Shown here in pieces: positions 21,012-30,098 of a stretch of 64,000 bases of DNA. The stretch spans positions 3,441 to 67,440 of the forward strand of contig JBQNBN010000003.1 of NCBI GenBank assembly GCA_052169915.1, given 5' to 3'. The stretch comes from Treponema sp. GTDB taxonomy: Bacteria > Spirochaetota > Spirochaetia > Treponematales > Treponemataceae. The notes beneath the pieces were generated by a model. That model did no database searches. It was not told the DNA's origin and saw nothing but the letters and a program-made list of their open reading frames with translations. Position 1 is the first letter of the stretch; every line of letters begins with the position of its first letter. The position numbers were made by a program, and so were the translations under genes.

Positions 21012-21440
21012 TTAGTTTTCGTTTTGCCCGTCAATGTTCGACTGCAAATCGCTGATCTTTTTCGTCTCAGTGGTAAAATCCGGACGCAAAACTTCGGCGC
21101 CGCGCGTGTATACGTGAACGGGCTTTGCGTTTTCTTCCATATAAACGTGCGCAATCAAGCGAATGACGCGGGGCAGCGCATTTTTAACGGACGCCTCCTG
21201 CGTGCAAAACAGCGGCACGCGCGAAACGTCAACGCCGCCGGAATAATTTTTCCTAAGCGCGGCGCACGGATTTATTTCATCGAGGTCGGACGTCAGCGAA
21301 AACTGCAGCGACACAATATCGTCGGCAGCAAGATTATTGCGCTCAAAAATTGCCGAGCATAGGGCGACGACGCTTTCGGTGATGGACGCCGCCGTGTTTT
21401 TTGCGCAGGCGGCTCCGCGCAATGCAAAAAGTCGTTTCAT
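21012..21440 (-). CDS. aroH: Chorismate mutase, AroH class
   Basis: Reads MKRLFALRGAACAKNT...LRPD, with a pattern and length matching B. subtilis AroH (IRGIRGATT...VVLRPD). The start is taken at the Met preceded by an AAGGA RBS, rather than the upstream ORF-track start. Confidence 0.8.
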   Translation of the reverse strand: MKRLFALRGAACAKNTAASITESVVALCSAIFERNNLAADDIVSLQFSLTSDLDEINPCAALRKNYSGGVDVSRVPLFCTQEASVKNALPRVIRLIAHVYMEENAKPVHVYTRGAEVLRPDFTTETKKISDLQSNIDGQNEN

Positions 21441-21450
21441 CGAGTCATCC

Positions 21451-22254
21451 TTATCGAAGGGAATCAAGGAGTTTTTTCAAAAGCCGCATATCGTCTTCGC
21501 TCAAAGATTTGTCGGAGGACGAATGTTGAGGTTTTTCTTCCGCGTCAAAATCGAGCGTAGGCGTTAAAGTCGGCTTGTCTCCTGAGCGGAGCGCGTCGTT
21601 TAAGACGGGCGCGTATAATTCCTGCGCGCGGAGATAGAGTTTGTAGTCAGGCACGACGGCGGATGCAGCGTAAAACGATGTAAAGAGGAGCGCGGGGTAT
21701 TTTTTTGCGATGCCCAACGCATCCAAAAGTTTTGCAGACGCGTCCACGTCCTTTCGTAAGGCAATATGCGCGTCTTTGTTGATGAGAAAATACGACGCGG
21801 CAAGAGCAGCGGCTTCTTCCGCCGCAGAATGTATATATTTTTCAAGCGAGTCTTGGTCGGAGACGACTGCCGACTGGATAAGTTCCGGCAGAAAGTCCTG
21901 TATAATCGACACGGTGATTTTAAAATCGAATTTATACGAAAAGTCAGGCGAATCTTTAAAAGCGTTTTTCAAAATTTCAGCCGTCGGAAGTTCCCCTTCG
22001 ACCGTCTCGGAAAAGTCATACGGCTTTACCGAAAAGATTTTCAATTCCGCGTTTGTCGGAATCAAAAATTCCCAGTGCCACGAAAACTCGCCTGCTTTCG
22101 CGATTTTCGGCGAAACGCCGCCGGTTTTCGATACGACAACGCCGACCGTTCCCGCTTTGATTTTAAACTGCGTCCACCCGATAAAAAAAAGCGTTGACGC
22201 GAACGAAATCGCAATCACCGCGCACGCGATAAACGTTTTGAAAGCCTTTGCCAT
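21451..22254 (-). CDS. Membrane-anchored hypothetical protein
   Basis: 267-aa ORF with an N-terminal TM helix (FIACAVIAISFASTLFFIGW). There is a weak SPFH/band-7-like start (KAGTVGVVVSKTGG...KAGEFSWHWEF). Family is not secure. Confidence 0.5.
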   Translation of the reverse strand: MAKAFKTFIACAVIAISFASTLFFIGWTQFKIKAGTVGVVVSKTGGVSPKIAKAGEFSWHWEFLIPTNAELKIFSVKPYDFSETVEGELPTAEILKNAFKDSPDFSYKFDFKITVSIIQDFLPELIQSAVVSDQDSLEKYIHSAAEEAAALAASYFLINKDAHIALRKDVDASAKLLDALGIAKKYPALLFTSFYAASAVVPDYKLYLRAQELYAPVLNDALRSGDKPTLTPTLDFDAEEKPQHSSSDKSLSEDDMRLLKKLLDSLR

Positions 22255-22340
22255 AAAACCTCCCGCGCATAGTAGTCGATAAAAGCGATTGGAGCAAGAA
22301 GATTGATTTTTCGACTTGAAAAGCCTCTCAACCGACTGAG

Positions 22341-22832
22341 TTAACGCGTTTCCAAAATCAAATCGACAGTTTGAGCGCCCGCGGCGCGGATAAGGTCAGC
22401 CGGAGAAAGGATCAGTTGAACGCCGCGCGCCCCTGCCGAAATGCAGATTTTTTCGCATTCAAGCGCGCTTTTATCGATAAAGGTGCGGTATTTTTTGCGC
22501 ATTCCAAGCGGACTGCACCCGCCGCGCACATAGCCGGTAAGCGTAAGCAGTTCTTCTGGCTTTACGGGCGCAATGTCCGCCGCCCCCAAGAGAGTCCGCG
22601 CCTTTTTTACGTTGATTTCATGCGCCGCGCTCTGCAAAAACACGCACACTTCCTTTGTGTCGGTGCGCATGACGACGGTTTTAAAGACGCTTCCTGCATC
22701 AAGCCCCAGTTTTTCCGCCAATTTTTCCGCCGCACCCCGTTCAAGATAATGCTCCCCGTCATCGTCGTACATCCTCGTCTCATACGGAATTTTCATCGCG
22801 TCTAAAATCCGCATTGCGTTTGTCTTTTTCAT
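22341..22832 (-). CDS. ybaK: Cys-tRNA(Pro)/Cys-tRNA(Cys) deacylase YbaK
   Basis: 163 aa, collinear with E. coli YbaK (TNAMRILD..., GYVRGGCSPLGMRKKYRTFID, ISAGARG). Confidence 0.85.
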   Translation of the reverse strand: MKKTNAMRILDAMKIPYETRMYDDDGEHYLERGAAEKLAEKLGLDAGSVFKTVVMRTDTKEVCVFLQSAAHEINVKKARTLLGAADIAPVKPEELLTLTGYVRGGCSPLGMRKKYRTFIDKSALECEKICISAGARGVQLILSPADLIRAAGAQTVDLILETR

Positions 22833-22864
22833 ATCAGTATCCTCGACTGTACAAAATGCATGTT

Positions 22865-22957
22865 GGGCGGCAGAGAACCTGCGGCCGGCAGAAAATAAAG
22901 TTTGACAGATTTAACGGTATTCCGGCCGCACACGTTTTGCCTTTAGGTAAAACGTGC
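22865..22957 (-). repeat. Dispersed two-hairpin intergenic repeat (copy)
   Basis: GGGCGGCAGAGAAC...GTTTGACAGATTT...CACGTTTTGCC-N-GGTAAAACGTG. This is the same architecture as the copies at 39.7, 39.8, 43.8, 46.2, 46.5, 47.9, 55.6 and 58.8 kb. Confidence 0.6.
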
Positions 22958-23072
22958 ATAAAACGGAGTGAAAACGGCGCGGCATAGTAATTTTGAGGAC
23001 GTCATCCCACCTTATCCTCCAATTACAAATTACGCGTTCCCAACTGCAAATCCCCCTCCCCAATTCACTTTG

Positions 23073-25445
23073 CTATTCCGTAATCGACTTCAAAAGCGAC
23101 TCCACTTCGGCGCGTTTAAACTCCGGCTGTTTTGCCTTTACTTCCTTTAAGCAGGTTTCCGCCCCCGCGTTGTCTTTGAGCGCGATGTACACTTTTGCAA
23201 GTTCGACATAACTTTCCCAGTCGGAAGGAGAGCGCTGCAGGACGTCCGTGAGCGCCGCCTTAGCATTTTCGTATTGCCCCGCGCCCGCAAAAGCCTTGGC
23301 AAGATTGCTCCGCGCCTCCGTGTTAGCGTTTTCAAGCGCAATCGCATTTTGAAAATACAAAATCGAGTTTTGATAGTCCTTTTTGGCAAGATAGGCGCTT
23401 CCAAGATTGTTGTTGACTTCAAAATTATTTTTTTCCTCCGCATACGCGGCCAGAAAGAAAGAGAGTGCGCCGTCGGCATTGGGCGGATTTTTCGCCATCT
23501 CCAAAACGCCGAGGTTGATTTTCGACTTTACATGATTCGGACTTAAAGCAAGCACTTCAGAATATTTTGTAAAAGCCTCCGCAGTCCTTCCGCTCTTATC
23601 CAAAAGCAGCGCGTAGTTATACATCACGTTCACTTGCAGCGCAGAATCTTTGAGCATTCCCCGTGCGTCGTACGCCGTTTTTGCAGAGGAAAGCGCCTCC
23701 GCCGTTTTATTTTGCGCGGCAAGGACTGCAGAAAGATTGTGGCTTGTCAACGGGTCGGCGCTTCCTGCAGGAAGGAGCGCAAGCGACTTTTTAAACGCGT
23801 TCTCCGAATCCGCATATTTTTCCGTCTGATAATAAAGCGTTCCCAATTCCTGCAAGGCGGTGCGGTTCTTTCCGTTGATTTTCAGCACGTTTTCGTACGC
23901 CGCTTCGCTTCCCGCATAATCCTTTTGCCGGAATAAGAGGCGTGCCTCTTCCAAATACGCCTTTTCGTAGCGCGGGTCGATGTCGCGCGCATTTCTGAAC
24001 GAAGAGAGCGCCGCCGCCTCATCGCCGAGTTTCAGATTGGTGAGCGCAAGGTTATAGCGCGCCGGAGCGAAGCGCGCGTTGAGTTCCGCCGTCTTTGCAA
24101 AAGACGACTTTGCATCCGCGTACTTTTTTGCCATAAACTGCGCGCGCCCCAAGTTGTAAAAATACACGTAATTTTTCTTGTCTTCCGCCGCCGCTTTTTG
24201 AAAAGATGCGCCCGCTTTTGCATAATTTCCTTTTCCGTACGCGTTCATGCCCAAAATAAAGTGCGAAGATGCGTCTTTGGGATTTGCGGCGACGGCTTTT
24301 TCCGCATATTCGGCAGCCTTCTCGCTCAAGATTTCCTTTTCCGAAGGAGAGGCAGCCTTCTGCGCCGAATCATAGAGAGCCGACGCGATTTCAGAATATT
24401 TTCCGGCGGAAAAAGAAGGCTCCCCTGCAGAAATCGGCAACCCTTTTTCCGCAGCGCGGAAGTTTTTAATCGCCTCCTCCGCGTTGCCGGACTTTAGAGC
24501 CGCCTTTCCCTTTTCAATACTGTCGTTGACCGCGTTCACTTCGTTTTTCACATTCGCATTCCGACGGGCAAGTTCCTGTTCCGCTTCTTTCCGCGCCGTC
24601 TCTTCTTTTTTCCGACCCGCTTCAATCGCCCGCTGCTGAGCCGCCTCTTCCTCCCGCTGACTTTGAGACTTTCCGTCCGCATTCCCCGCGCCGTTTTGCT
24701 TGCCGCTGCCGCCGTCCGCGTTCTTTTTTGCGTCCGCAGAAGAGCCGTCGTTTCCTTGACGGGCAATCGCACCCCGCCGTCCGTCGGCAGTTGAAGAGGA
24801 TTGCGCATTCCCGTTTCGACTGGAAGAAGCGCCGTTTCCGCTGTCATTTTTGTTGTTCGAACGATTTTGACCGCTCCGCTGTCCGCCGCTTTCCGCCTCG
24901 TCTAAAAGGTCTCCCCTTCCCCGCCGCGTAAGTCCGCTTGACTGAGAGCCGTCTTGCCCCTGTCTTCCAGTGCCGGCAGTCCCGCCGCCGTTTTCAGTCC
25001 CGTCGCTTTGGCCGTTTCCGCCGGAGACTTGAGCGTTTCCAGTCCGCCCGTATGCGCCGCCCCTGCCGGAAGTTTCGTCCGCGTCCGCACTGCCGTCGGA
25101 AGAAATTCCGTCCGCACCGCTCCCCCGCCCTTTCGCTGCAAGGATTTGCTCCATGAGCGCGCGCGCTTCTTCGTCGTTCCGATTTTGAATTAAAAGTTCG
25201 TCAAGTTTATCGAGCGCGCGGTCGTATTGAGCGCGTTCCATGTACATTTTTGCAAGTTCAAGCGTGTTGCGCCGCGCCTTTGCCGTCTGATCCCCCGCTT
25301 GAGCCTTGCACGTCCGCACGCCGAACAAGAGAATTAAAGCCGCCGCCGTCCCTCCGGCAACGCCTGCGATCGCCTTCGCCCGTTTTTTTGCGGAACGCTT
25401 GTTTGCGCCGCCTGAAACCGTATTAAAATCGTCCGAATTGTTCAT
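23073..25445 (-). CDS. TPR repeat protein with Gly/Ser/Asn/Gln-rich low-complexity insert
   Basis: 790 aa with an N-terminal TM helix and a ~170-aa low-complexity segment. More than 10 TPR-like repeats follow (e.g. AHFILGMNAYGKGNYAKAGASFQKAAAED). Confidence 0.8.
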   Translation of the reverse strand: MNNSDDFNTVSGGANKRSAKKRAKAIAGVAGGTAAALILLFGVRTCKAQAGDQTAKARRNTLELAKMYMERAQYDRALDKLDELLIQNRNDEEARALMEQILAAKGRGSGADGISSDGSADADETSGRGGAYGRTGNAQVSGGNGQSDGTENGGGTAGTGRQGQDGSQSSGLTRRGRGDLLDEAESGGQRSGQNRSNNKNDSGNGASSSRNGNAQSSSTADGRRGAIARQGNDGSSADAKKNADGGSGKQNGAGNADGKSQSQREEEAAQQRAIEAGRKKEETARKEAEQELARRNANVKNEVNAVNDSIEKGKAALKSGNAEEAIKNFRAAEKGLPISAGEPSFSAGKYSEIASALYDSAQKAASPSEKEILSEKAAEYAEKAVAANPKDASSHFILGMNAYGKGNYAKAGASFQKAAAEDKKNYVYFYNLGRAQFMAKKYADAKSSFAKTAELNARFAPARYNLALTNLKLGDEAAALSSFRNARDIDPRYEKAYLEEARLLFRQKDYAGSEAAYENVLKINGKNRTALQELGTLYYQTEKYADSENAFKKSLALLPAGSADPLTSHNLSAVLAAQNKTAEALSSAKTAYDARGMLKDSALQVNVMYNYALLLDKSGRTAEAFTKYSEVLALSPNHVKSKINLGVLEMAKNPPNADGALSFFLAAYAEEKNNFEVNNNLGSAYLAKKDYQNSILYFQNAIALENANTEARSNLAKAFAGAGQYENAKAALTDVLQRSPSDWESYVELAKVYIALKDNAGAETCLKEVKAKQPEFKRAEVESLLKSITE

Positions 25446-25470
25446 ATATCCCTCTGTTTAATTTCAAATC

Positions 25471-27891
25471 CTACTCAAGTTCCGGCTCGCGTTCGTAGTC
25501 GATGATTTCTTCCGCGCCTGCCGACATGTTCGTCGTGTCTCCGCGCTTGAGCGAGCGCACAACGTCTTCGCGGAATTTCCGCCTCCGCGCTTCATTTGCC
25601 TGCGCCGCTCCCGACGGAGAGTTCCCCGTCTGTCGACTGGAATCTGAGCCGTCCGCACGTCCGTTCGCCGTTCCCGACGGCTTTTGCGCGCCGGAAGAAG
25701 ATCGGGCGTTGTCCGCCCCGCCGTTTGCCTGCCGTCCCGTCTGCGCATTCTTCGGCGCGGCATTTTTGTCTTGCGCGCCGCCGTTTTTGCCGCGCGCCGT
25801 ATCGTTTGCGTTCTTTGCGCCGGAGGAGTTTTGATCCGCGCCTGCCGCAGCATTTTGTGAAGCGCGGTTCTGCGCGCCGCCCGCCTTTGCGCCGTTATTT
25901 GCATTGGGGTTTGAAGATGCGGAATTGCCGCTTGCCGCTCCGTTTGTCCGCGAGTTTTCCGCGCTTTGAGGACGACTGCCTGCCGCGCTGTCCGCATTTT
26001 GAGTTTTTCCTGACGCGGCTTCTGCCGTTTTGTCCGTGCTTTGCCGTCCCGTCCTATTGTTTGAAGCGGCTTTATTTCCCTGCGCTCCGTTTCCTTCCGC
26101 GCTTGAGGAATTGCCGTTTTCGCCGCCGTCTTTCTGCGCGTTCTGTCCGCCGTTCTTTGCCGCCGCGTCAGAGTTTTTTCCGTCCGCAGGATTACGCCCG
26201 CTGCCTGCCGCCGCATTATCCTTCCGATTTGCGTCCGACGCTCCGGAGCCGTTTTGTCCGCTGCCGCCGCGTCCGTCATTTTCTTTCGAGGATTGCGCTC
26301 CTTGCGAATTTTTATTTTGCGCATCGCGGCTGCTTTCCGCTCCGCCGGACTTTTTCGCGTCGTCCGCCGCGTTATTGTTACGCTGTCCGTTTTTTTGCTC
26401 CGCTCCGTTTTGTCCGTTTCGCGCGGAAGACGACTGTCCGTTATCCTTTGTATTTGCCGCGGCGTTCGAGCCATCGTCTGCGGTTCCCGTATCGCGAGAG
26501 GCGTCCGCATTACGCCCATCCCCAACTGCCTGCGTATTTTGTCCGTCTCCCGCGCTGCGATTGGAAGAGGCGTTGCTTTCGGCGGATTGTTTTTTCGCTT
26601 GCGCATTCGCGTCTTGTCCGCCGTTTTGTGTTCCGTCTGCGGAACGGACTTTGCCGTCCGCCGTATCGCCCGCTTGAGGATCGCCGCTCGCATTTTGTGT
26701 ACGCCCGTTTGCGCCTTCGTTGCCGGCGGACGAGGAACGCCCCGCTTCGTCTGCGCTCCGTTCCGCTTGCGCATTTTGTGATGCGGACTCTCCGCCGCGC
26801 ATATCGCCGGCATTCATTGACTCGGCATTTTCCGTTTGACTGCGCGCCGTATCGTTTGCGTTCCTTGAACTGGAAGATTTTTGTTCCGATTCGGCAGCGC
26901 CCGCGCGTCCTGTCTGCGCGTATTCGTTTTGTGAGCCGCTGCTTTGTGCGTCCGCATTACGGCCGCCGCCCGCCGCAACTCCGTTGCCGTTTGCCGCGCC
27001 GTCGTTTTCTGTAATACCGTTCCGGTTATTCCCGTTGCCGGAATTTCCGCTTTGCGCGGTATTGGGGGCTCCGTTAAAGCCGCCCGCGCCGCCATTGTTT
27101 CCGGCAGTCCCGTTTCCGTCCGATTGGGTATTCTGCATTCCGCTGCGTTCTTCTCCGGAAGCGTTTGCAAGTCCGCCTGCGGAAGTTCCGCCCGCTCCTT
27201 GCCCGCCGTTCATGCCGACGCCGCTTCCGTCCGCTCCGTTTTGCATTCCGGCGGCATCGCGTACGACGGAGGCCGCTCCGTACCCCGCGGCAATTTTCAT
27301 CAGCGCTTCTTCTATGCGCCGGTTTTCTTCCGCCGTCTGACGCTGGGATTCGGCATAGCGCGCCTCATCTTCCGCTTTTTTGCGCAAGTCTTCAGTCAAA
27401 TAAGAAAGAAGACGCCGAATGTTATCCGCCTGCTCATCGTCGGGTTCAAGTTCAAGAAAACGGCGGTAGTCGGCTTCGGCATCCTTGTATTTTTGCGTCA
27501 TAATGCGCGTGTTCGCGCGGTTCAAAATCGCTTGGGAAAAGTCCGGACGCGCCGCAATCGCAAGCGAAAAACAATTTTCCGCTTTTATGTAGTCGCCCCG
27601 CGTGTAAGCGACGTTGCCTTCATTAAAAGCAATCTGCCTGCGATTTGAAATAGGATTTTTCATACCGCGCTCAAAAGCGTCCATCGCCCGAGCATAGTCG
27701 CCGAGTTGAAAGTACGAAAGTCCCAAAATATTGAAGGTATTGGATTCAACGCGCCCCTCGGCAATTTCTTTTTCAAGAACGGGAGCCGCCTGCTCGGGAT
27801 GATTTTCATTGAAAAGACGCTCGCCTTCGCTTTCGGCATACGCGCCGGACGCCGCTAAAACTGCGGCAAACAAAAAAAACAGTTTTTTCAT
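25471..27891 (-). CDS. Secreted TPR protein with ~560-aa low-complexity region
   Basis: 806 aa with a signal peptide (MKKLFFLFAAVLAASGAYA) and N-terminal TPRs. A very long G/N/A/S/Q/D-rich tract follows, and several overlapping frames stay open across it. Confidence 0.8.
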   Translation of the reverse strand: MKKLFFLFAAVLAASGAYAESEGERLFNENHPEQAAPVLEKEIAEGRVESNTFNILGLSYFQLGDYARAMDAFERGMKNPISNRRQIAFNEGNVAYTRGDYIKAENCFSLAIAARPDFSQAILNRANTRIMTQKYKDAEADYRRFLELEPDDEQADNIRRLLSYLTEDLRKKAEDEARYAESQRQTAEENRRIEEALMKIAAGYGAASVVRDAAGMQNGADGSGVGMNGGQGAGGTSAGGLANASGEERSGMQNTQSDGNGTAGNNGGAGGFNGAPNTAQSGNSGNGNNRNGITENDGAANGNGVAAGGGRNADAQSSGSQNEYAQTGRAGAAESEQKSSSSRNANDTARSQTENAESMNAGDMRGGESASQNAQAERSADEAGRSSSAGNEGANGRTQNASGDPQAGDTADGKVRSADGTQNGGQDANAQAKKQSAESNASSNRSAGDGQNTQAVGDGRNADASRDTGTADDGSNAAANTKDNGQSSSARNGQNGAEQKNGQRNNNAADDAKKSGGAESSRDAQNKNSQGAQSSKENDGRGGSGQNGSGASDANRKDNAAAGSGRNPADGKNSDAAAKNGGQNAQKDGGENGNSSSAEGNGAQGNKAASNNRTGRQSTDKTAEAASGKTQNADSAAGSRPQSAENSRTNGAASGNSASSNPNANNGAKAGGAQNRASQNAAAGADQNSSGAKNANDTARGKNGGAQDKNAAPKNAQTGRQANGGADNARSSSGAQKPSGTANGRADGSDSSRQTGNSPSGAAQANEARRRKFREDVVRSLKRGDTTNMSAGAEEIIDYEREPELE

Positions 27892-28059
27892 CAGGCTTCT
27901 GCCCTCTCATGGAAAAATATGTCGGGCAGCTCTAAAATCAGTTTTTTGGAGATTCCCGATACATGATTTTCGGCATATGGCAGAGAAAATCGGAACGGTC
28001 GGCGAATCTTTTTACCCCTTGCGCGTGCAAAGGAAAACAGAGCGACCGGAAAAGAGAGT

Positions 28060-29148
28060 TTAGACAGTCGATTGCGTTTTTTGAAAAAAATTGTTCAATA
28101 AAATTCCTGCCGCAACGCGCCCCGTCGTCCCGAGTTTTTTATAAATTTTGTGCGTGTAATTTTTTATCGTCTGCTCTTTGAGTTCCAGCTCCCACGCAAT
28201 TTCCTTGTTCGTCCGCCCGTCGGCAATCAAACGGCAGATTTTGACTTCAAGCGGAGAAAGAAAAAAAAGACTTTCAAGCGGAGGACTTTTTTGCTTAAAG
28301 TTACATTTCTTTCTTTTATATTGGAATGCAAAAAACGGCAATGCGAATGAAAGCGCGGGGACTAAAAACAAAGCGGGAAGCGAACAAAAAACAGTTTCCG
28401 CCGGAGAAAGAGTTAAAACGAGGAAAAGCGGAGAGTCTTGATTTTCGCGAAGAGTTTTTTCCGCAAACTTCGCGCGATTCGTCTTGCCCGCACCGACTGG
28501 ACAGACGCGTTTTCCGTCGTTTGAAGAAAACAAAAGTTTGCAGCGGCATTTTCCGTCGCGCAAAAATCGTTCGATATTCGGCATGTTGACCGCAAAGCAT
28601 AAGGCTCCGATTGCCCTGCCGTCTTCAAGATTTTTGATGAGCCTGACTACAAACGCGCCTTTTTCCGTCCCGAACCATACGGGGTTCCCGTTTGACGCGA
28701 TAATCCGCGCGATATAATCTTGCGAGCGGAGAACGCTTTTTGTTGAAAACGAAAGATTTTCGCGCATCGTCAACGCGGACTTTTTGCCGCCGCTCACGGG
28801 AAAGAAAAACGCGTCGCCGATAAAATCGTCGCTTCCGGCAAGACTTTCCAAATATTCGGAAAAAGGCGCGTTCCATTCGTTTATTTGATAGCGTTCCGCC
28901 GACTCCGCATAGCTTGAAAGCAAGCGGTTGAACGAAGGCGCGGCAAGCGCCTGAAAACTGTACGATTCGATTGCGCCGAGCCGGTAGGATAAAAGGAACG
29001 AAGCGCGCTCAAGGCAGCCGTTTTGCCGGGCGCGCAATGCCGTCCGCACGGTAAAAAAGAGCAGACAAAGCGCAAACGCCGTAAAAAACGCCGCCCGCCG
29101 CGCGCGAAAAAACAAATGCAGTCCGTTCAAGTGATGCCCCAAGCGCAT
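28060..29148 (-). CDS. LuxR-family transcriptional regulator with membrane-anchored N-terminal domain
   Basis: C-terminal LuxR/FixJ HTH (LSPLEVKICRLIADGRTNKEIAWELELKEQTIKNYTHKIYKKLG). The start is placed at MRLGHH... because the upstream part of the ORF-track ORF runs into repeat sequence. Confidence 0.7.
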   Translation of the reverse strand: MRLGHHLNGLHLFFRARRAAFFTAFALCLLFFTVRTALRARQNGCLERASFLLSYRLGAIESYSFQALAAPSFNRLLSSYAESAERYQINEWNAPFSEYLESLAGSDDFIGDAFFFPVSGGKKSALTMRENLSFSTKSVLRSQDYIARIIASNGNPVWFGTEKGAFVVRLIKNLEDGRAIGALCFAVNMPNIERFLRDGKCRCKLLFSSNDGKRVCPVGAGKTNRAKFAEKTLRENQDSPLFLVLTLSPAETVFCSLPALFLVPALSFALPFFAFQYKRKKCNFKQKSPPLESLFFLSPLEVKICRLIADGRTNKEIAWELELKEQTIKNYTHKIYKKLGTTGRVAAGILLNNFFQKTQSTV

Positions 29149-29251
29149 GGGCGCATAATATCGATTTTTTTTCGCGGACGCTATGGGGGGATTGTTTAAT
29201 GAGGAGGTGGGAATGTGGGATGCGGAATTCCCAATTAAGCATTCCGAATGA

Positions 29252-29506
29252 AAAACAATTCCCTTCACGCAGCGTTCGCTTCGCGTCTTCATAGCCGAGG
29301 CGGATTAAATGCCGCATTCGTCCTGAAGAAAAGTTTAGAGCGCCGAGTTTCCCGAGCGGCTCGGACGGGCGGACGATGACCACGCGCATTTGAGGCGGCG
29401 GGGACAGTTTTAATTCGTCGTTCGGCAAAAGGGGGACTGCGATGACGTGCGTGCAGCCGACACGCGCTTTGCGGAACAGCAGATCATGCCAAAAAGCGTA
29501 TGTCAG
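29252..29506 (-). pseudogene. 3' remnant of a patatin-like phospholipase gene
   Basis: Open frame ...HDLLFRKARVGCTHVIAVPLLPNDELKLSPPPQMRVVIVRPSEPLGKLGALNFSSGRMRHLIRLGYEDAKRTLREGNCF matches the C-terminus of the intact patatin at 47967-48782. The last ~150 nt are ~85-90% identical by eye. There is no N-terminal catalytic part, and a TAG lies immediately upstream. Confidence 0.65.
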
Positions 29507-29842
29507 CTAGTAAAAATGCCGCCGTACTCCTTGTAAAGTATTTCGTCCGTCCGATATCGTCAATGTATTTCCGACCACCGTAAACGTGAAAAGAGTACCG
29601 CCGGTTCTTTGAACTGTCGCCATATTGCCGGAGCGTGTGTAAGGCTTCGGAGAATCGGGGTCTTGCTGCCACTTACCTATGCTGCTTTTGCTGTATAATG
29701 TTACGGTTGATGAATCAAATACGGCTTTAAAAAGTCCGTCATTTGCTTCCCACGTGCCGATAAACGGATTTGTCGCGATATTTCCGCCGCCGCCCTTATC
29801 GGAATTGGCGTCCTGTTTACTGTCGGCGATAAACGCCGCCTT
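29507..29842 (-). pseudogene. 5'-truncated lipoprotein-like gene fragment
   Basis: A 111-codon open frame (..FIADSKQDANSDKGGGGNIATNPFIGTWEANDGLFKAVFDSSTVTLYSK...) is bounded by TAA upstream. It has no start codon near its 5' end, and its TAG stop is in frame with the patatin remnant. Confidence 0.35.
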
Positions 29843-29861
29843 TTAACGTTCGCTTCAGCTT

Positions 29862-30089
29862 TTATTGCAATACGTGGTTACCGGTCGGTGAGTGCTGACA
29901 CCGTTGTCCGTAAGTCGTTGTCAGATGTCCGCCCATAGTGCGGGTTTCCCGTCCGCAATAAACGCAGTGAATACCATCTGATAGACATACGTGTTTTTTT
30001 GTAGGACTCGATTTACACTGTTGTCCGTAGTTTGTCGTTAAAGCGTTACCGAGCGCTTTTACTTCTCTTCCGCAATATCTGCATTGCAT
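29862..30089 (-). CDS. Small tandem-repeat Cys/His (zinc-binding-like) protein
   Basis: 75 aa made of two ~37-aa repeats, C-x-Y-C-G-R-E...L-T-T-x-Y-G-Q-x-C-x-x-S-P-T-x-x-H-V. An AGGAGGA RBS overlaps the stop of the upstream gene. Confidence 0.6.
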   Translation of the reverse strand: MQCRYCGREVKALGNALTTNYGQQCKSSPTKKHVCLSDGIHCVYCGRETRTMGGHLTTTYGQRCQHSPTGNHVLQ

Positions 30090-30098
30090 ATTTTCCTC

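Noticed and set aside
25464-27648. Long alternative-frame ORFs: 449 aa (minus strand), and 472, 234, 215 and 175 aa (plus strand), overlapping the 806-aa TPR gene.
   Set aside because: They lie entirely within the compositionally skewed low-complexity tract. Their translations are Arg/Pro/Ala-rich nonsense with no motifs. Only the 25471-27891 frame has a signal peptide and TPR repeats.
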